Assembly (NCBI RefSeq): GCF_000497125.1
Contig: NC_090604.1
Span: 454,651 to 518,650, forward strand
DNA length: 64,000 bases
Direction of reading: 5' to 3'
DNA from: Spironucleus salmonicida
Taxonomy: Eukaryota
Position 1 is the first letter of the stretch, and each line of letters starts with the position of its first letter. Under the pieces are notes generated by a model that searched no databases, was not told the DNA's origin, and saw only the letters and a program-made list of their open reading frames with translations. Shown piece by piece: positions 25,400 to 39,756 of the stretch. Made by a program: the position numbers and the translations under genes.

Positions 25400-25849
25400 T
25401 CTAAATACTTCTATATTCAGGGAATATGGTAATTTATCTAAAATACTATATTGATGAAAACATCAGTACGAATCTTCACATTAACACATAAAATCTTTGA
25501 ACTGATTTGAGTTATACAATAATGCCCATTTCCGGTTCAGCAATCAGGATTAGCGTATCAAATGTTGATAAAGATACGCGAAATATAATTAATGGTAAGT
25601 AACATTGTATTTATACATTTTAGGAATTTTGATTTAATGCATTCAATATACCGTCTAACATTCTTAGTAAAAGTTAAGTCAGAGAAAACAGATTCCTACA
25701 GCGTTTTTAACGATATTTATTAGAGTGTACTCATTTTACCCAATGTATAATTTAGTATATATTAAAAAATAATATCTTGTTTTCTCCGAGAAACCTAGAA
25801 ACCAGCTTATTTATCATTTAATCGATTATCTTAACCATATAGAGTAAAA

Positions 25850-26704
25850 ATGTCCACAACAGGCACATGCACCAAACGTAACACAAACTGCAAAGCTGGC
25901 CACTTCTGCCCAGCTACTGATAATACAACCGTAAACTGCATTCCTTGTGAACAAGACATAAAATTCGGACAGGGCTGCTACTGCGAGGATAATTCAGTTA
26001 TCACAAACTGCAAAGTATGCACAGGTACTTCTTGTTCAAAATGTCTCCCTGGCGCTTTCCTGAACAACAATTTCTGCGATTCCTGCGCAAAGGGCTGTGG
26101 CGAATGCACAGCTTTTAGTTCATGTCAGAAATGCGCCGATGGGTTCACAATGGAAGGTGGCACATGCGTCAGAATCTGCAATACCAATGACGACTGCAAG
26201 GACCAAGGTTCGACCTTTTGCCAGATATCCTTAAAAAGGTGCGTGAAGTGTGGTGATAAATGTGATATTTGCTCCTCAGCGACGTTCTGCAACGCGTGCG
26301 ATGGGAATACTCATATTACCACAATTCACGGTACGTGCACTCTTTTGTGTAATCCAATTACAGATGGTAACTACTGCAAGGACGGTGCTCCTACACCCTG
26401 TGTTGCAGGGCTTGATTCTGCCTGCAAATGCGGATTTATGTAGAATTGCGCTTCCTGCAACACTGCTACAAATGGTTGCGAAACGTGTCTCCCTAATGTT
26501 ATTCTGGGAGATGATGGTAATTGCAGAAATTGTGTTGTTGGGTTCAAACCCATTGGCAATATGTGCTGGGCAGATTAGCAAGGTTCTGAGACCAACAAGA
26601 TAGGGACTGGGGCTATTGTGGGTATCGTGGTGGGAGTTTTGGTGGTCGTGGGGGCAGTTGGGGGCGGCCTGGCCTACTATTTTGTTAGGAGGGGGAAGAA
26701 GTGA
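25850..26704 (+). CDS. CRMP1-like, 284 aa (MSTT...RRGKK)
   Basis: 855 nt; near-identical to 23235. Confidence 0.92.
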
Positions 26705-27159
26705 TAAAATTGTTATTTATGAGGAGAAGCTAACTAAATTAACTGGGTAAATATATTAGATAAAGCTCAGGCGGGTACTTACTTCATTTTATAGTATAAC
26801 GTACTTGAGCGAGTTTGGGGTATGTAATAATCACTAATTGGGGTTCTGGAGTGAGGAGTATTTTATTGGTTTCTATGGTGATGCCCTAATAGAATTAATG
26901 GGTATTACTACTATATTTATAAATTTTACGATTTTTGCATCTTAGCTATTTATTTCTGCTAATAATACCTTTAGCAAAAAGTAAAGTTTAAGAAAACCGT
27001 TTTTGTGAAGATATATTAAATGATAATTAGAAAATTTAAGTAATTTTACGGAATATACAATTTACTATATATAAAATATAACAATATACTTTTCTTTGCA
27101 AAACAAAGAAACTTTTTATTTATCATATTATCTATTATATTACCCATATATAGTTAAAA

Positions 27160-28014
27160 ATGAACCCGACAGGCACATGCACCAAACTTAACACAAACTG
27201 CAAAGCCGGTCACTTCTGCCCCACGAGTGGCATGGATACCGTAAATTGCATTCCATGTGAACAAGACATGAAATTCGGTCAGGGCTGCTACTGTAAGGAT
27301 GATATGGTTATCACAAACTGCAAGACGTGCTCTGGAGATAATTGCGCCACCTGCCTCCCTGGATCCTATCTCAATGGAAACATCTGCTCTAGATGCTCAA
27401 AAGGTTGTGCCGAATGTAGCGGTGCTGACTCATGCTAGAAGTGTGCCGATGGTTTCATAATGGAAGGTGGTGAATGCGTCAGAGTCTGTGGTAGTAATAA
27501 AGACTGCGAGGATGAAGTTTCAAAATTCTGTGAGATATCCTCAAAGAGGTGCGTGAAGTGTGCTGATAAGTGTTCAATTTGCTCCTCAGCGACGTTCTGC
27601 AACGCGTGCGATGGGAGTACGCATATTACCACAATTCACGGTACGTGCACTCTTTTGTGTGAGGGTATGGGCAATGGTAACTACTGCAAGGACGGAGTAG
27701 CCACGGTTTGTGCTGAAGGACTTGATTCCGCCTGCAAATGCGGATTTGTGTAGAATTGCGCTTCGTGCAACACTACTAAGGATGCCTGTGCGACGTGCTT
27801 GCCTAATGTTATTCTGGGAGCTGGTAGGACGTGTACGGATTGTGCTAGTGGGTTCAAACCCATTGGCAATATGTGCTGGCCCGAGTAGCAAGGTTCTGGT
27901 GGGAATAAAATAGGGACTGGAGCGATTGTGGGCATCGTGGTTGGTGTTTTGGTGGTCGTCGGCGCAATTGGTGGCGGTCTGGCTTATTATTTCATTAGAA
28001 AGGCGAAGAAGTGA
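27160..28014 (+). CDS. CRMP1-like, 284 aa (MNPT 5' part, different 3' part, RKAKK)
   Basis: 855 nt open in table 6. Confidence 0.92.
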
Positions 28015-28514
28015 GGTAAATGATACAAGTTAAGGCAAATTAGGCGGATGGGTGCTAACTGTGTTTTTGGAGTTTGGGATTATAAGGATTGTAGGCATCA
28101 TCGTCTTAAAGCTAAAATTAAGGTGAAGCAGGTAAAGACAAGTTGAAAAACGGGGTAAGGAGATTAGACCAGTAAAAATAGATTCGGAGTAATATCGAAC
28201 TAGAATAAACTTTAGAGTTTTCATGTAGGGATACTTGGGAGTTTGCTATCGAGTATACATAATCAATTTAGATGAGTACCTCTGTTTCAAATTTGGTTTA
28301 GCTGTATATTACTTAATAGTAGTATAAATAAATAAAAAGTAACAAAAAACACTTTCTATTACTTGATATGAATACATAACTATTAAATTTTAATTATTAT
28401 ATTAATTATTATATTAAGTATTTATATGAAATAGTATCCTGTTTTTTACCTGCGAAACTGAGAAACGAATTTATGTGCTGAATTATCGATTTAATTTTAT
28501 ACTGTAACATAAAA

Positions 28515-29369
28515 ATGGACACAACAGGAACTTGTACTAGAACTGACACAAACTGCAAAGCCGGGCACTTTTGCCCAACTACTGATACTGTAACCGTAGA
28601 CTGCATTCCTTGCACCGAAAACATGAAATTCGGTCAAGGCTGCTACTGCAAAGATAAAGATGTGACTACAAATTGCAAAGTGTGTACTGGAGAAGCATGC
28701 ACCACATGCCTCCCTGGATCTTTCCTCAATAGCAATGTGTGTACAAAATGCTCAAAAGGCTGTGGGGAGTGCACGAGTTTAAATACATGTCAGAACTGTG
28801 CTGAGGGGTACACAATGGACGAAAACACGTGTGTCAGAGTCTGTAGAAGCAATGAAGACTGCGAGGACACAGGTTCAACATATTGCGAAATAGGTATTAG
28901 TAGATGTCGTGAATGTTCTCCTAATTGCACAATTTGTTAATCGCCAGATTTCTGCTACGCGTGCGATGGGACTACTCATATCACAACGATATCTGGATAA
29001 TGTACATTGAATTGTGATGGTTTAACCGATGGTAACTACTGCAAGCACGGACAAACCACACCATGCGACGAAGGGATTGACTCTGCCTGCTAATGCGGAG
29101 GTGCGTCAAATTGCGCTTCCTGCAACACCGAATTGACTGCCTGTGCGACGTGTCTCCCTAATGGTATTAAAGCAGATAATGGGAAATGTATTATGTGTGC
29201 TACTGGGTTTAAGCTAATTGGGGATATGTGCTGGGGGGAAGAAAAATCTGGAGAGGCCAACAGGATGGGTACTGGGGCGATTGTGGGCATTGTGGTTGGT
29301 GTTTTGGTGGTCGTTGGGGCAGTTGGTGGCGGTTTAGCTTATTATTTCATTAGAAAGGCTAAGAAGTGA
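28515..29369 (+). CDS. CRMP1-like, 284 aa (MDTT...RKAKK)
   Basis: 855 nt open in table 6. Confidence 0.92.
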
Positions 29370-29759
29370 TGCATAAACAATAGATGAATGAATCATAATA
29401 AATTATCCATTAATCTTAATACTTCGAAAGACATTGTAAGAAACTCTCCAGTGTTTACTTACAAATATTAATTATAAAGAGACTTGAAATTTTACTATCT
29501 AATATCAATAGTTTATTTATATTATTTTAAAATATATTAATTTGTTCGATGTAAGTTGGTAAATCGTAGTAAAAATCGTTAATATGTAAGAAAAAACGGT
29601 TTTTATATCGTGATATCATTAATTAAATTTAAACTTATACAAATCTTAAGGGAAAATACATCAATATATACTAAAAATAATAAACTATTATTATTTGTGA
29701 AACTACGAAACTAAGTAAGTTGCTGTATTATTCATAATAATTGTCATCTAAAATTAAAA

Positions 29760-30614
29760 ATGGCAGGAACAGGCACCTGTACTAAAACAGTTACAACCTG
29801 CAAAGCTGGTCATTTCTGTCCAGCTACAGACACAACTTCAGTAAGCTGTATCCCCTGCACCGAAGACATGAAGTTCGGGCAAGGCTGCTACTGTGAAGAT
29901 AACACGGTTACGACCAATTGCAAAGTATGTAATGGGACTTCTTGCCAAACCTGCCTCCCAGGCTCTTTCCTGAGCGGGAATATGTGTTAAAAATGTTTAA
30001 AAGGCTGCGGCTAATGCACCGATTCTAATACATGCCAGAAGTGCGCCGACGGGTATAAACTGGACAGTAATGAGTGCGACAGAATCTGCTCTAAAAATGA
30101 AGACTGCCAAGATGATGCTTCGACTTTTTGCGAGATATCCTTAAAAAGTTGTGTGCCGTGTGGCAATAAATGCTTAATTTGCTCCTCTGGTATTTTCTGC
30201 AACGCGTGCGATGGGTCTTCTCATGTGACCACGATCGATGGGAAGTGCACACCGAATTGTGAAAATTTGGCCGATGGAAATTACTGCAAGAACGGAGTCG
30301 CCACGGCATGCGCTGCAGGGATTGATTCTGCTTGCTAATGCGGAGTTGCGCAAAATTGTGCTTCGTGCGACACTACTTCAAATGGTTGTGAAACGTGTTT
30401 GCCTAATATTATTAAGGGAAATGATGGTAAATGTAGGGATTGTGCTGTTGGGTTCAAACCCATTGGCAATATGTGCTGGCCCGAGCAGCAAGGTTCTGGT
30501 GGGAATAAAATAGGGACTGGAGCGATTGTGGGCATCGTGGTTGGTGTTTTGGTGGTCGTTGGGGCAGTAGGTGGCGGCCTGGCTTATTATTTTGTTAGGA
30601 GGGCGAAGAAGTGA
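29760..30614 (+). CDS. CRMP1-like, 284 aa (MAGT...RRAKK)
   Basis: 855 nt open in table 6. Confidence 0.92.
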
Positions 30615-33352
30615 GAGGAGTAACAGTGATTGGTAATAGATACGTTCCTTGGCGTGCTTTCTAAGCTTTCCCCTCGGATCGTCCAAGAGTATGCAGGTCG
30701 AGAGGTGCTAAAACCGACTTGGACCATTGATATGAAATGCTACAATTTACACTGTAGACTACCTTAGTAAAGAGTACGACTCGACATGCGTGCATTTCTG
30801 CTAGGGCACGCAGTTTCAACAAAATTTAGCTGAGGACGTCATTTTGGTATTGCGGTAATTTACTATATAAATATAGATTATTTAGCGTTCAGTTTGATAA
30901 TGCAGACCTAGCAGGCTTGATGTCATCGCTAATAATATAGAACACCCCAAGACACTTATTAAGCGGTGTCAGTCTACCAGCACACTAGCTTCATACCCAT
31001 TCGGTATCCAAACAGTTCGGTACCCAGCTAATGGCCGTTTCTGGCGGAAAGCTTGTCCCCGAGCAGGTATCTTAAACTATTATAGATCAAACATCGATAA
31101 ACTACCAGCAATCGCATAAATTAGTATTAGCCGTATACAGCTGCTCACTGCTGCTATTTCGCACCTAGCGCGTACGCAGCATTTGAGCCCTACCCCTATA
31201 TTACGGTCATGCTACTTTATTATTGTTAGTGTTATCTCTGCCTAGCCCCTCCCACCTATTTTCTGCGAGCCACCATTGTAACACTTTTGATGCATTACCC
31301 TAACACGGACTTCGCTTCAACATGCTTTGGTGCGCTGGTTCAACCACTCGTGACCCAATTCCCCGTATCTCGCAATATTCCCATGAAACCTACCCATCTT
31401 TAAAACTCCACCGCGCGTGCTTCCATCCTACCCCGAACCGTTCGTATGCGCCTAACTCATCCTCCGGCCTGCCCACTCCAGATGATAGTTGAAAGCCGAC
31501 TATTTCTGCCCACCTGCACCCCAATGTGCCTCAGCATCTTAAGCCCATAATGTACATGCTACTGCCAAGCTCACGTGCAGTAAAACAATTTCGCCAGCTA
31601 TGCCCGGAATTGTACGTACTGAACACGTCACGGGAGCATTCATGCAAATGGCCAGTGCGGTCTTCCCTAGTTCCCAATGCGACCACCTACCTGCGTTTCC
31701 GCTACGATTCAGCTCTAGACCTAGAAAAGTCAGTGGCGACTACATTAGGTTGAAATCACTTTGCCACGACCCTCCATCCAAGAGGCGCCGAAAGTATGTC
31801 GGGAAATGCCCCAGAACAGACCGGATACCATCTGCCGCTGGAGATAATACAATTTATTTCATAACACCTGATGGTGTCTGCACTCCGATTTGAGATCATT
31901 TGGGGACAGCTTATGTTTCACCGCGGAACCTCTGCAGGGACTCCGCCTGCACGTACTAGGCACTGTGGACTACCTGTCTGTCCTTAACTAAACCCTGGTA
32001 TCAATGCGTGCCGAACCCCGCACTCAAATCGGCGGGCATTGCGCTCCCTGCGGAGCCGGTTGGAGACTATAGAGATTCTGGCTGCCAGAGTTAACGGGAG
32101 ATCAGGTAAGAAAATAGGAACTACGGCGATTACTGGCATCGTGACGACATGTGCTCAGTCCGAGAGTTACCATCTAACCTTGTGAAGAGAAGCAAGAAAA
32201 TGCTCTAGGATAAAATATTCTAGGTGTCCAAGAAGCTGCCGAAAAGGTCGCGGAGCGCATGCAGTGATCTTGCAAATGATGTTTGAATATGTATAAGAAT
32301 GGGATTTAGAAAATATAGGCAGCGAATGTCTGGTGCGTTAGATTTCATGAGAAATGCACACCATCAATGCCTTATTCCACGCAGCAGCTTTGGGCCTATA
32401 TTGTGGGAAAATTCTGCTCGCCGTTACGAACTCGCCTGCAGTGTTCTGTGGAGCCCCTAGTTCGGCAGCACGCGCCTGTCTGCAATTCATACTATAGTAG
32501 TATACAGTAATATCAATTACTATACCGAATTTGAACCTGCCCAAAGTGGATTAGCGACGGTCTTCCACCTCGGGTACCGGCCTTTCGCGCGGAATGCACC
32601 GAAGCCTCGCATTCAGAGCGGCTTCGAAACGGGGCCCTTTCATCTAGTTCCATATTCCATACTATATCAGTTTCGATATAGTAATGCTATTCTACGGCTT
32701 AGGTATATTTCGCTCAAGTTCAGCAGCGTGTTACCATCACCCGAACCACTTTGCGGCCTGGCTTGCTGCGCTAAGGGGCATGCATTTACGAAGTCGTGTC
32801 AGAGATTCCTCGTAAATGTGAAAAGAGGAATCCCGACCCCCGTGTTATTCGGCCTAGGCGGGGTTGTTGCTTTTTGACCGCTCTGATTAAGAGGTTGTTG
32901 GAAGGAATTGTTATCGTAAATAAGTGTATATAAATCCATATTGAAGTTGTGGTTTATTGGATTATTTGTATATTATACGCTAGAGTAAGATTTTAGTATC
33001 TTGCAGAAAGAGGACAGGTAGTTGCTCAAAGCTAGCTGGGAGTTCCTGCTAGTAGTTAATGGTGTGTTGCACTGGCGAGATGGTGCATAAACAAGTGTAA
33101 TTAAATTAATTAAAATACTACGAGGTTCGTGTTTATTAACTATAAACCGGCATGATATATAAGTACCTGTTACCAAACTGCTGTTTTGGACTATTTATGC
33201 CTAGGATACTATCTACTCCACATTATCATATTTTCCCAGAATAACACCTTGTTTCGGGTTACGCCTATTATATGAAATTCAAATAAGCGTAAAAGTAACA
33301 ACGAACATAATTACCATACTAATATAATATCATAATATTATCTTTAGCCAGA

Positions 33353-34874
33353 ATGCTCATAATTGCTCTGCGCGCATCGGCCCCAAACTGCTTCTCCACG
33401 GAATCGTACTTAGAGGGAGAAATACAGTTCAGACTATTGACTGTCTTCCTCATACCTCAGGTGCCGCTGGACCCTCTGCCTCGCGCTTGACGCTCCGACG
33501 CCGCTGCGGAGCTCATTTACGAGGGTACAACGGCCATTAGTATCCCCGTATTCACTACCCGCCCTTTCGGCTACCGCGCCAACGTCACGAACGAACGAGC
33601 TCGTATTTCCGATATCGAGCCTCACCCAGCGCTGATCACGACCCTGATCGAAATAGTCAGTGCCGAGTACGTCGTGAAAATCCAGAAGGCAGGCGACTAC
33701 CGGGGAACTCTGAACCAGATTAAGTACCCGATAGCGGACGTCTCCTCCTACTGGAGCAACCTGGCCTTCTCATATTCCGCGATCCAAGGCGACGAAATAT
33801 ATTTTTTGAGCTGTCGCCGAACGACTGCACGATGCCGGAGGATGCGAAACTGCACCCCAGGATCACCTTTTAGCAGAATACTACAAATCTCGTGATGAGG
33901 GACTTTGAGTGAGGCACCGACGCTGGCGATTACAAGCAGCCGTACGTTCACAACCGTGTCACCCGTTGCTAGCTGCGATGTAGGGAAATTGTTGACGAGA
34001 TTGAAAAGAAAACGTGCTCTACTATAATTAGCTTCATCACTACCAATTTGTAGTCCAGATTTGGCGTGGGTTATTTACGATACTGTCGGAGTCGAGACGA
34101 TAGTTATTTAAGACGCAATACGGCAGTAAGCTGACGGCTCATTGGCGTGCGGCGAGAGAACCAGCATTACGCGCTATTTGACCCGGACAGGTATATTTGG
34201 GCCATGATCAGTTCAGCAGTCATCCGGAGTGTGTAATTAGTGCAGATAGCGTTGCTGCAGACTTCATCTCAATGCTTACCTACTAGGACCAAATTATTCT
34301 GGTAACTGCGGGGTATTCGCTAGAAGCATACGGGAAAACGAATATTTTGCTAGCTCAAGAGATCGGTCCAGGGTGTTTACAGAAAGTATGAATCTGTACG
34401 CCTAGAGCAATTAGCGCGACGCGAGTTGGGACATATGTTGCCGTTCTACATGCGGGTGTAAGGTGTCAAACACTGCATCTATTTGACCGTTATTGCCGTC
34501 TCAAGTAGCGACAAGATTGCCCTCCGGGTCCGCAGCCCCTTCGACGACCTTTGCACGTACACTAGCGACACCATGTAGCTGGTGATAACTAGCAGCAGGC
34601 TAGAGGTCGTGTTCTGGCAGTCCTTCAAATCTCCATTGACTCGAAGGGACGATGCAGATCCTCGCGTACCAGACCAACCGGACATCGCCGGCATCCTGGC
34701 TGCTGGTCCAGCTTCTACATGGCGAGCACCGAGAACGACTACGACAATTACGTGATGTTCCTCGCGGCCTAGCTCTCCTATCTCGGGTTGTTCCTGGCAG
34801 TGAACTCTGGCTCCGGTATTCGTGATGATTCAGTGCCAGACGATGGCCTAGTGAGGTTTTCTGTGGAAATTTGA
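33353..34874 (+). pseudogene. Frameshifted type-I membrane protein gene (MLIIALRASAPNCFSTESYLEG...)
   Basis: Signal-like start, GC-rich coding-like fragments in changing frames (KYPIADVSSYWSNLAFSYS; ELSPNDCTMPEDAKLHPRITF), internal TGA. Confidence 0.62.
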
Positions 34875-35349
34875 GGGATGTGGGTTGCAGCGCTGGGCAT
34901 AGTCCATGCTAGAGGGTGCTATCCCACTATCGATTTGGCATTCCGCCCCAGTGTGGAGCGTTCCTTTACAAATGTAAACGCCTAAGTGCGGAACTCCACT
35001 CAGTTTAAGCCTAGCAGCGCAGGATGGACCATTTTGCATGGGCCTGAGCGTGCAGGCATCACCGCGCTTTCCCACCAAATCCCTACTAGCTCAGGGTTCG
35101 CGTGCGGCCTGAAGGGAAGAAATAAGGTGCAGGACTATATAGTTATACCCGCAACCAACTATCCCTCGTTCGCCGAAACTGCATCGTGAAGGTACCCCGC
35201 AGGTGGTCCTAAGGCTGGCGGTCAGATGGCCGTGCATCAAAGGCGCAAGTAGCGTGATCTGATGTGGAAACTACTGCTAAAACCAGATATTGCAGAATAC
35301 TTGTAACACCTTAATTAACAAGCATAATATCTACAGATGCCTAAAACGT

Positions 35350-38300
35350 GCAGGGCGTGCGCTGAAGGGGTTAGCACTATAATAAGGTCTGCTCCATGTG
35401 ATATGACGCCTACCCAACCAAATAGACTTGCTTAATATTCAACGCGGATATGTTCTCTAATGGCAAATGTGCTGCTGCAAAACAGGCAGTAACGTGATTG
35501 TGGTGACCGCAATCCGATAGCGGTTTCTGATAGTGGTGACTGTGATGAAACTTGATCCTTGACGCTGGAAAGCGAATTCCAGGAATTCCTCTGCGTCCCA
35601 ACCGGAAACCGCAGGTACTTGAACTGCCGATTGTATCAGCATGGTTCCTGCAGGCAGGTGGGAGAAACTGCGAAACCTGCAATTAACTCTTTCCTATAGT
35701 GAGGGAAATGCGCTGTGAGCGATGTTACAAAGCAGAGGACAACAGTGACTCCAATTGCGAGGGTTGTTGGGGCGATGAGCCAGAAATGCGTAAAACAGGT
35801 TCCAGTTGCTGCCCGAGCATTGCAGGCACATGAACCGCAAAACAGGCGCAGCGGGGACTCCGACCTGCTAGCATCTATTTCTGAGTCTACTAAATAAGCC
35901 CTTGCTGAATAGGAGTGTGTAAACTGCAATACCGCTCTGCCCAGGCTGAACATTGAAATACCTGTGATAGTAAGTCTACTCTGCTGCTAACTACCTGTGA
36001 ATGTAATTTCACATGTATACAAGAAATCTCTCATTCTAAAGGTTTAGATAGGTCCTGATGAAAATTTCTCTTGCTGCGAGGTGTGGACTCCTGTTAAGTG
36101 CTAAAACTGGAGGGAAGTGGTTCTAACACTAGTTGGCTCGTGCTTTGGCAGAATTAGCATAAAGCTGGGGAGTGAGTGTTTGTCACGTGCCAGCTAGACT
36201 CCCAATCGCTGGCGTAGTTGCTATGTAACTACCTGCTAGTGCAGCTGCTCTGTATGCCCAAGCGTTGATGCAAAAATGGCATCAAAAGTGTTAAACGGCG
36301 CTTTCTCTAACCAATAATATCTTCAACTCGCATTGGTGAATTTCTTCTGGTCCTGAAATAGTGTATCTTCACAGATTATGGAAAGCATTAGCCGAAAACT
36401 GCATAATATGCAATGGAACGCTCTAAACATCATGAGTTGCATCCGGAGATAACTTTTAACTAGCATAAGGAGCGTGCATTTGTAACGATTCCTGTAACCA
36501 GTTACATTCGCTATAAAAACTGCGATGATGAGTTTCCATCTCTGCAAGCTGCAAAACCTATTCAAATAGGCTATATCCAGCACGAAAGCTATATTTTTCT
36601 AAAGATGAACGGAAGTTAACCCATACAACCTGCACTTCCTATGGCGCTGCTCACCATACTAAGTACGAAGCGTGCTAAGCTAATTTATGGGGACTTGCTA
36701 CATCTGCACGGAAGTTTCAGATAACTACAATAGTCAGTCAGTGCCGCTAAATAATACACAGAACGCGATAAACCGTACGCCAAGGGCACATTATAACATA
36801 CAAAATATCAGGCTGCTCCTGGACTGCAGGGAATGCGCAGAATACCATGCTGTAATGGGAACGCTGCCCAGAAATTATATGGTCAAGGGTGCAATTCTTG
36901 AAGCAAAGTTCTGGTCAATTCTTGGTCTGGGGATCGCGAATTCATAAGATACGCATGGTGATGGTAGACGCGGAACAGCTGTCTGGAATTGATGAATTAA
37001 TGGCAAATGGCAAGGTGGGATGCAGGGCTTATAGAGTCCACATTGAAAATCAGTATATGTTTGGAGGAGTCGTCGCTATATTGGTGATATCTTTAAAATC
37101 ATTTCCTTGCTGCTAAAGGGGGTCTTGCATGTAAATGAATCAGAACTAGAAAATTTTAGCAGCACTTAGGCAATACGGAAATAGGAAAGGGTTAATATAA
37201 TATTCGTGCAACTTAATGTTACGTAAAGCACTATAAGGCGTAATGATTATCAGTACGATGGTAAATAGCAGAATTAAAGCCTGAATAATGTTAGTTTGTT
37301 GCGGTCGAATATTAACTTTAGTAGTAGTTAGACATCGCTGCCCAATAAATTTGTTATTTTTGAATTTTCGATTTTTTTTGAGTTTTGAACATTTTACTGT
37401 CCGCATCGTGAATGATAAAATATCGAAAGTTTCAAAATGATGTAAATGTATTTGACGATGCTGATTCTATATTTTAGCAGATTTATATATAGAGAAATAC
37501 ATGCTAGCAATACTATCATGAAAGAAGAGTAGCTAGAACGAGAGGCGCTAACTCATATGTCGTGGTCCTATTTCGCATGAAATGCGCATAGTGTGCACAT
37601 TAAGCCTACAAATTAGAATCTATTACATGGTTACTTTGCATGCTATGGGTATATTAGTATCCGTATTCTACGCCAGTTGCTAGCGAAGTTATATTTGAAC
37701 TTTAGTATTTGGTAGGTTTTAAATTTGCGATTGATGACTCTAACTAATGTAAGCACGGTATAGGTAGTTTGTTAGGAAGGATATCCCCGGTAGAGCAGCC
37801 GTACTGGTAGAAGTGGCGCGCTGGAGGGAAGTTATGGCACCACCTAAAAGTAGCCACACTAAACCATGCAGAGCAGTAGGTACGTTAAAGTAGAAAGTCA
37901 ATAGGATAGCCCCTTTGAATTGGGCCATGGGCCATGCTAGTAGGACTCCGGTGAGTCTATCTAGAACAGGCAGAATGGATCCTAATTGGTAGGACAGTAT
38001 CGCATTCTTTAACCTGGTACTCCTATTCGATGTTGTAGATCGGCTAAGTCGTTATCCAACAACAGGCATGACCTCACTATCTAAGCAAGGCAGTTGCAGC
38101 TATTCTCGGTTCTCATTCACTAGCTATATTTATGACTAGTGGAAACAGGTCGAAACCAAATTTTAGAAAATAATATATGATTCGGATATTATACTTTAGC
38201 ATAGCAAAAATATTAGCTTTAACTTTGTTCTCTCCTATATTTCGAATCAATACTATAATGTAATTATATTACCTTTACTTAAAAGCACGCTAACTTATTT

Positions 38301-39300
38301 TTGCAGTATACTAGTTTTCATAATGTTTATATAAACACATTTGAAGCGAATTAAGTACATTATCCAAATTATTGCATTTAAGGCTATTACTCATCCACGA
38401 CGATATATTTTATTTTTAGAATGATTTTATTTACGTTTTTATTTATATATTATCACATATTAAAAACTAAAAACTAAAAGGCTTACTATATTGCCTAATT
38501 TTTATAATTACGTATTAACCAAAATGACAGATTCCGTAATATGCACCAAAACCACCCCCAACTGCGCATCCTGCGACAACGAGGTATGCACCGCCTGCAC
38601 ACCCGGATACCACCTCTCCCAAGGACTCTGCGCCCCCCACCAGCAGAGCGAGAGTCCAGCCGATAAATATGACCCAAGCGATCCCGTACCTTCGGAGCCG
38701 GCAGAAGATACGTGCACCACGAACAAGGAGTGCCGTGACAAAGGCTCCGGGTTCTGTGACGGCACCAGTAAAACCTGCAAGCGCTGCGCCAAGGGCTGTA
38801 ACACCTGCACCTCTTTCAAATTTTGTGCGGCTTGCGATGACTCTAGCGACAAGCCCACAACCTTGATAGATGGCCAGTGCGCGTAGCGTTGCAACACGAA
38901 TATGAATTATTACTACTGCTCAATCTCCGATACATAGCAATGCAATCGGAATTCCACTTCCTAGTGCGTGTGTGAGGGGCCTAAAAACTGTGCTCAGTGT
39001 TCCAATGATGCGAAAAGCTGCAGCTTGTGCCTGAAAAACATGAAAATTGGCGCAGACGGGAAGTGTTCGGAGTGCGCAGATGGCCTCGTCATGGTAGGAA
39101 AAATCTGCACTAAGGACGAGGTGGTAGCAGGTGAGGTACCTGTACCACCTGCTCCCGAGCCGGTAGTTCCCGAACCGGAAGTTAATACCCAGAATTTGAG
39201 CGGCGGGGCAGTGACGGGAATCGTTATTGGGGTGTTGCTGGTTGTTGGGGCAGTTGGGGGCGGATTGGCTTACTATTTTGTTAGGAAGGGGAAGAAGTGA
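35350..39300. repeat. Second copy of 17510-21473 duplication, including cysteine-rich relic sequence
   Basis: Near-identical over 36130-38590, more diverged at both ends. Confidence 0.93.
38524..39300 (+). CDS. CRMP1-like, Pro-linker subtype, 258 aa, tail RKGKK
   Basis: Paralog of 20700; 777 nt open in table 6. Confidence 0.9.
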
Positions 39301-39756
39301 TAAAATTGTAACTGATGAGGAGAAGTTAAATAATTTTGCTAGGTAAATATGGTGGGTAAAGCTCAGGCGGGTACTTACTTCATTTTATAGTATAAACTAC
39401 ATGAACGGATTTGAGTTATATAGTTATAACTAATTGGGGTTCTGCAGCAAGAAGGATTTGTTGATTTCTATGAAGATGCTTGAGATAGAATTAATGGGTA
39501 TTACTAATATATTTATAAATTTTACGATTTTTGCATCTTAGTTATTTATTTCTGCTAATAATACTATTAACAAAAACTAAAGTCTCATAATACTATTTTT
39601 ATGAACCTATATTAAATGATAATTAACAAATTTAAGTAACATTTCCAAATATATGTTTGAGTATATATAAAATATAACAAGATACTTTTCCTTGCAAAAC
39701 AAAGAAACTATCCTATTTATCATCTTATCTATTCCCTGGACCTGTAAAATAGCAAA

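Larger units (their letters stand above)
21474..27695. repeat. Tandem 2615-bp two-gene unit, about 2.4 copies
   Basis: Gene starts at 21930/24545/27160 and 23235/25850; spacers nearly identical. Confidence 0.93.
26090..35207. repeat. Left arm of large inverted repeat (right arm ~50637-59740)
   Basis: Mirror coordinates sum to ~85830-85844 (29760/56081, 28515/57326, 27160/58671, 35207/50637). Confidence 0.92.

Noticed and set aside
21474-27695. CRISPR-like or satellite array
   Set aside because: Repeats are kb-scale gene duplications with no short repeat/unique spacer pattern
29671-29680. CTAAAAATAA MEF2-like site upstream of a CRMP, linking the MADS factor to the array
   Set aside because: Expected by chance in very AT-rich DNA and not exact in most other spacers
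20700-30614. CRMP genes as stop-riddled pseudogenes
   Set aside because: The interrupting codons are TAA/TAG, which encode Gln; frames and lengths are intact
30700-35200. Transposon or retroelement explaining the repeated block
   Set aside because: No RT, transposase or integrase motifs, terminal repeats or target-site duplications found by eye; content is decayed host genes
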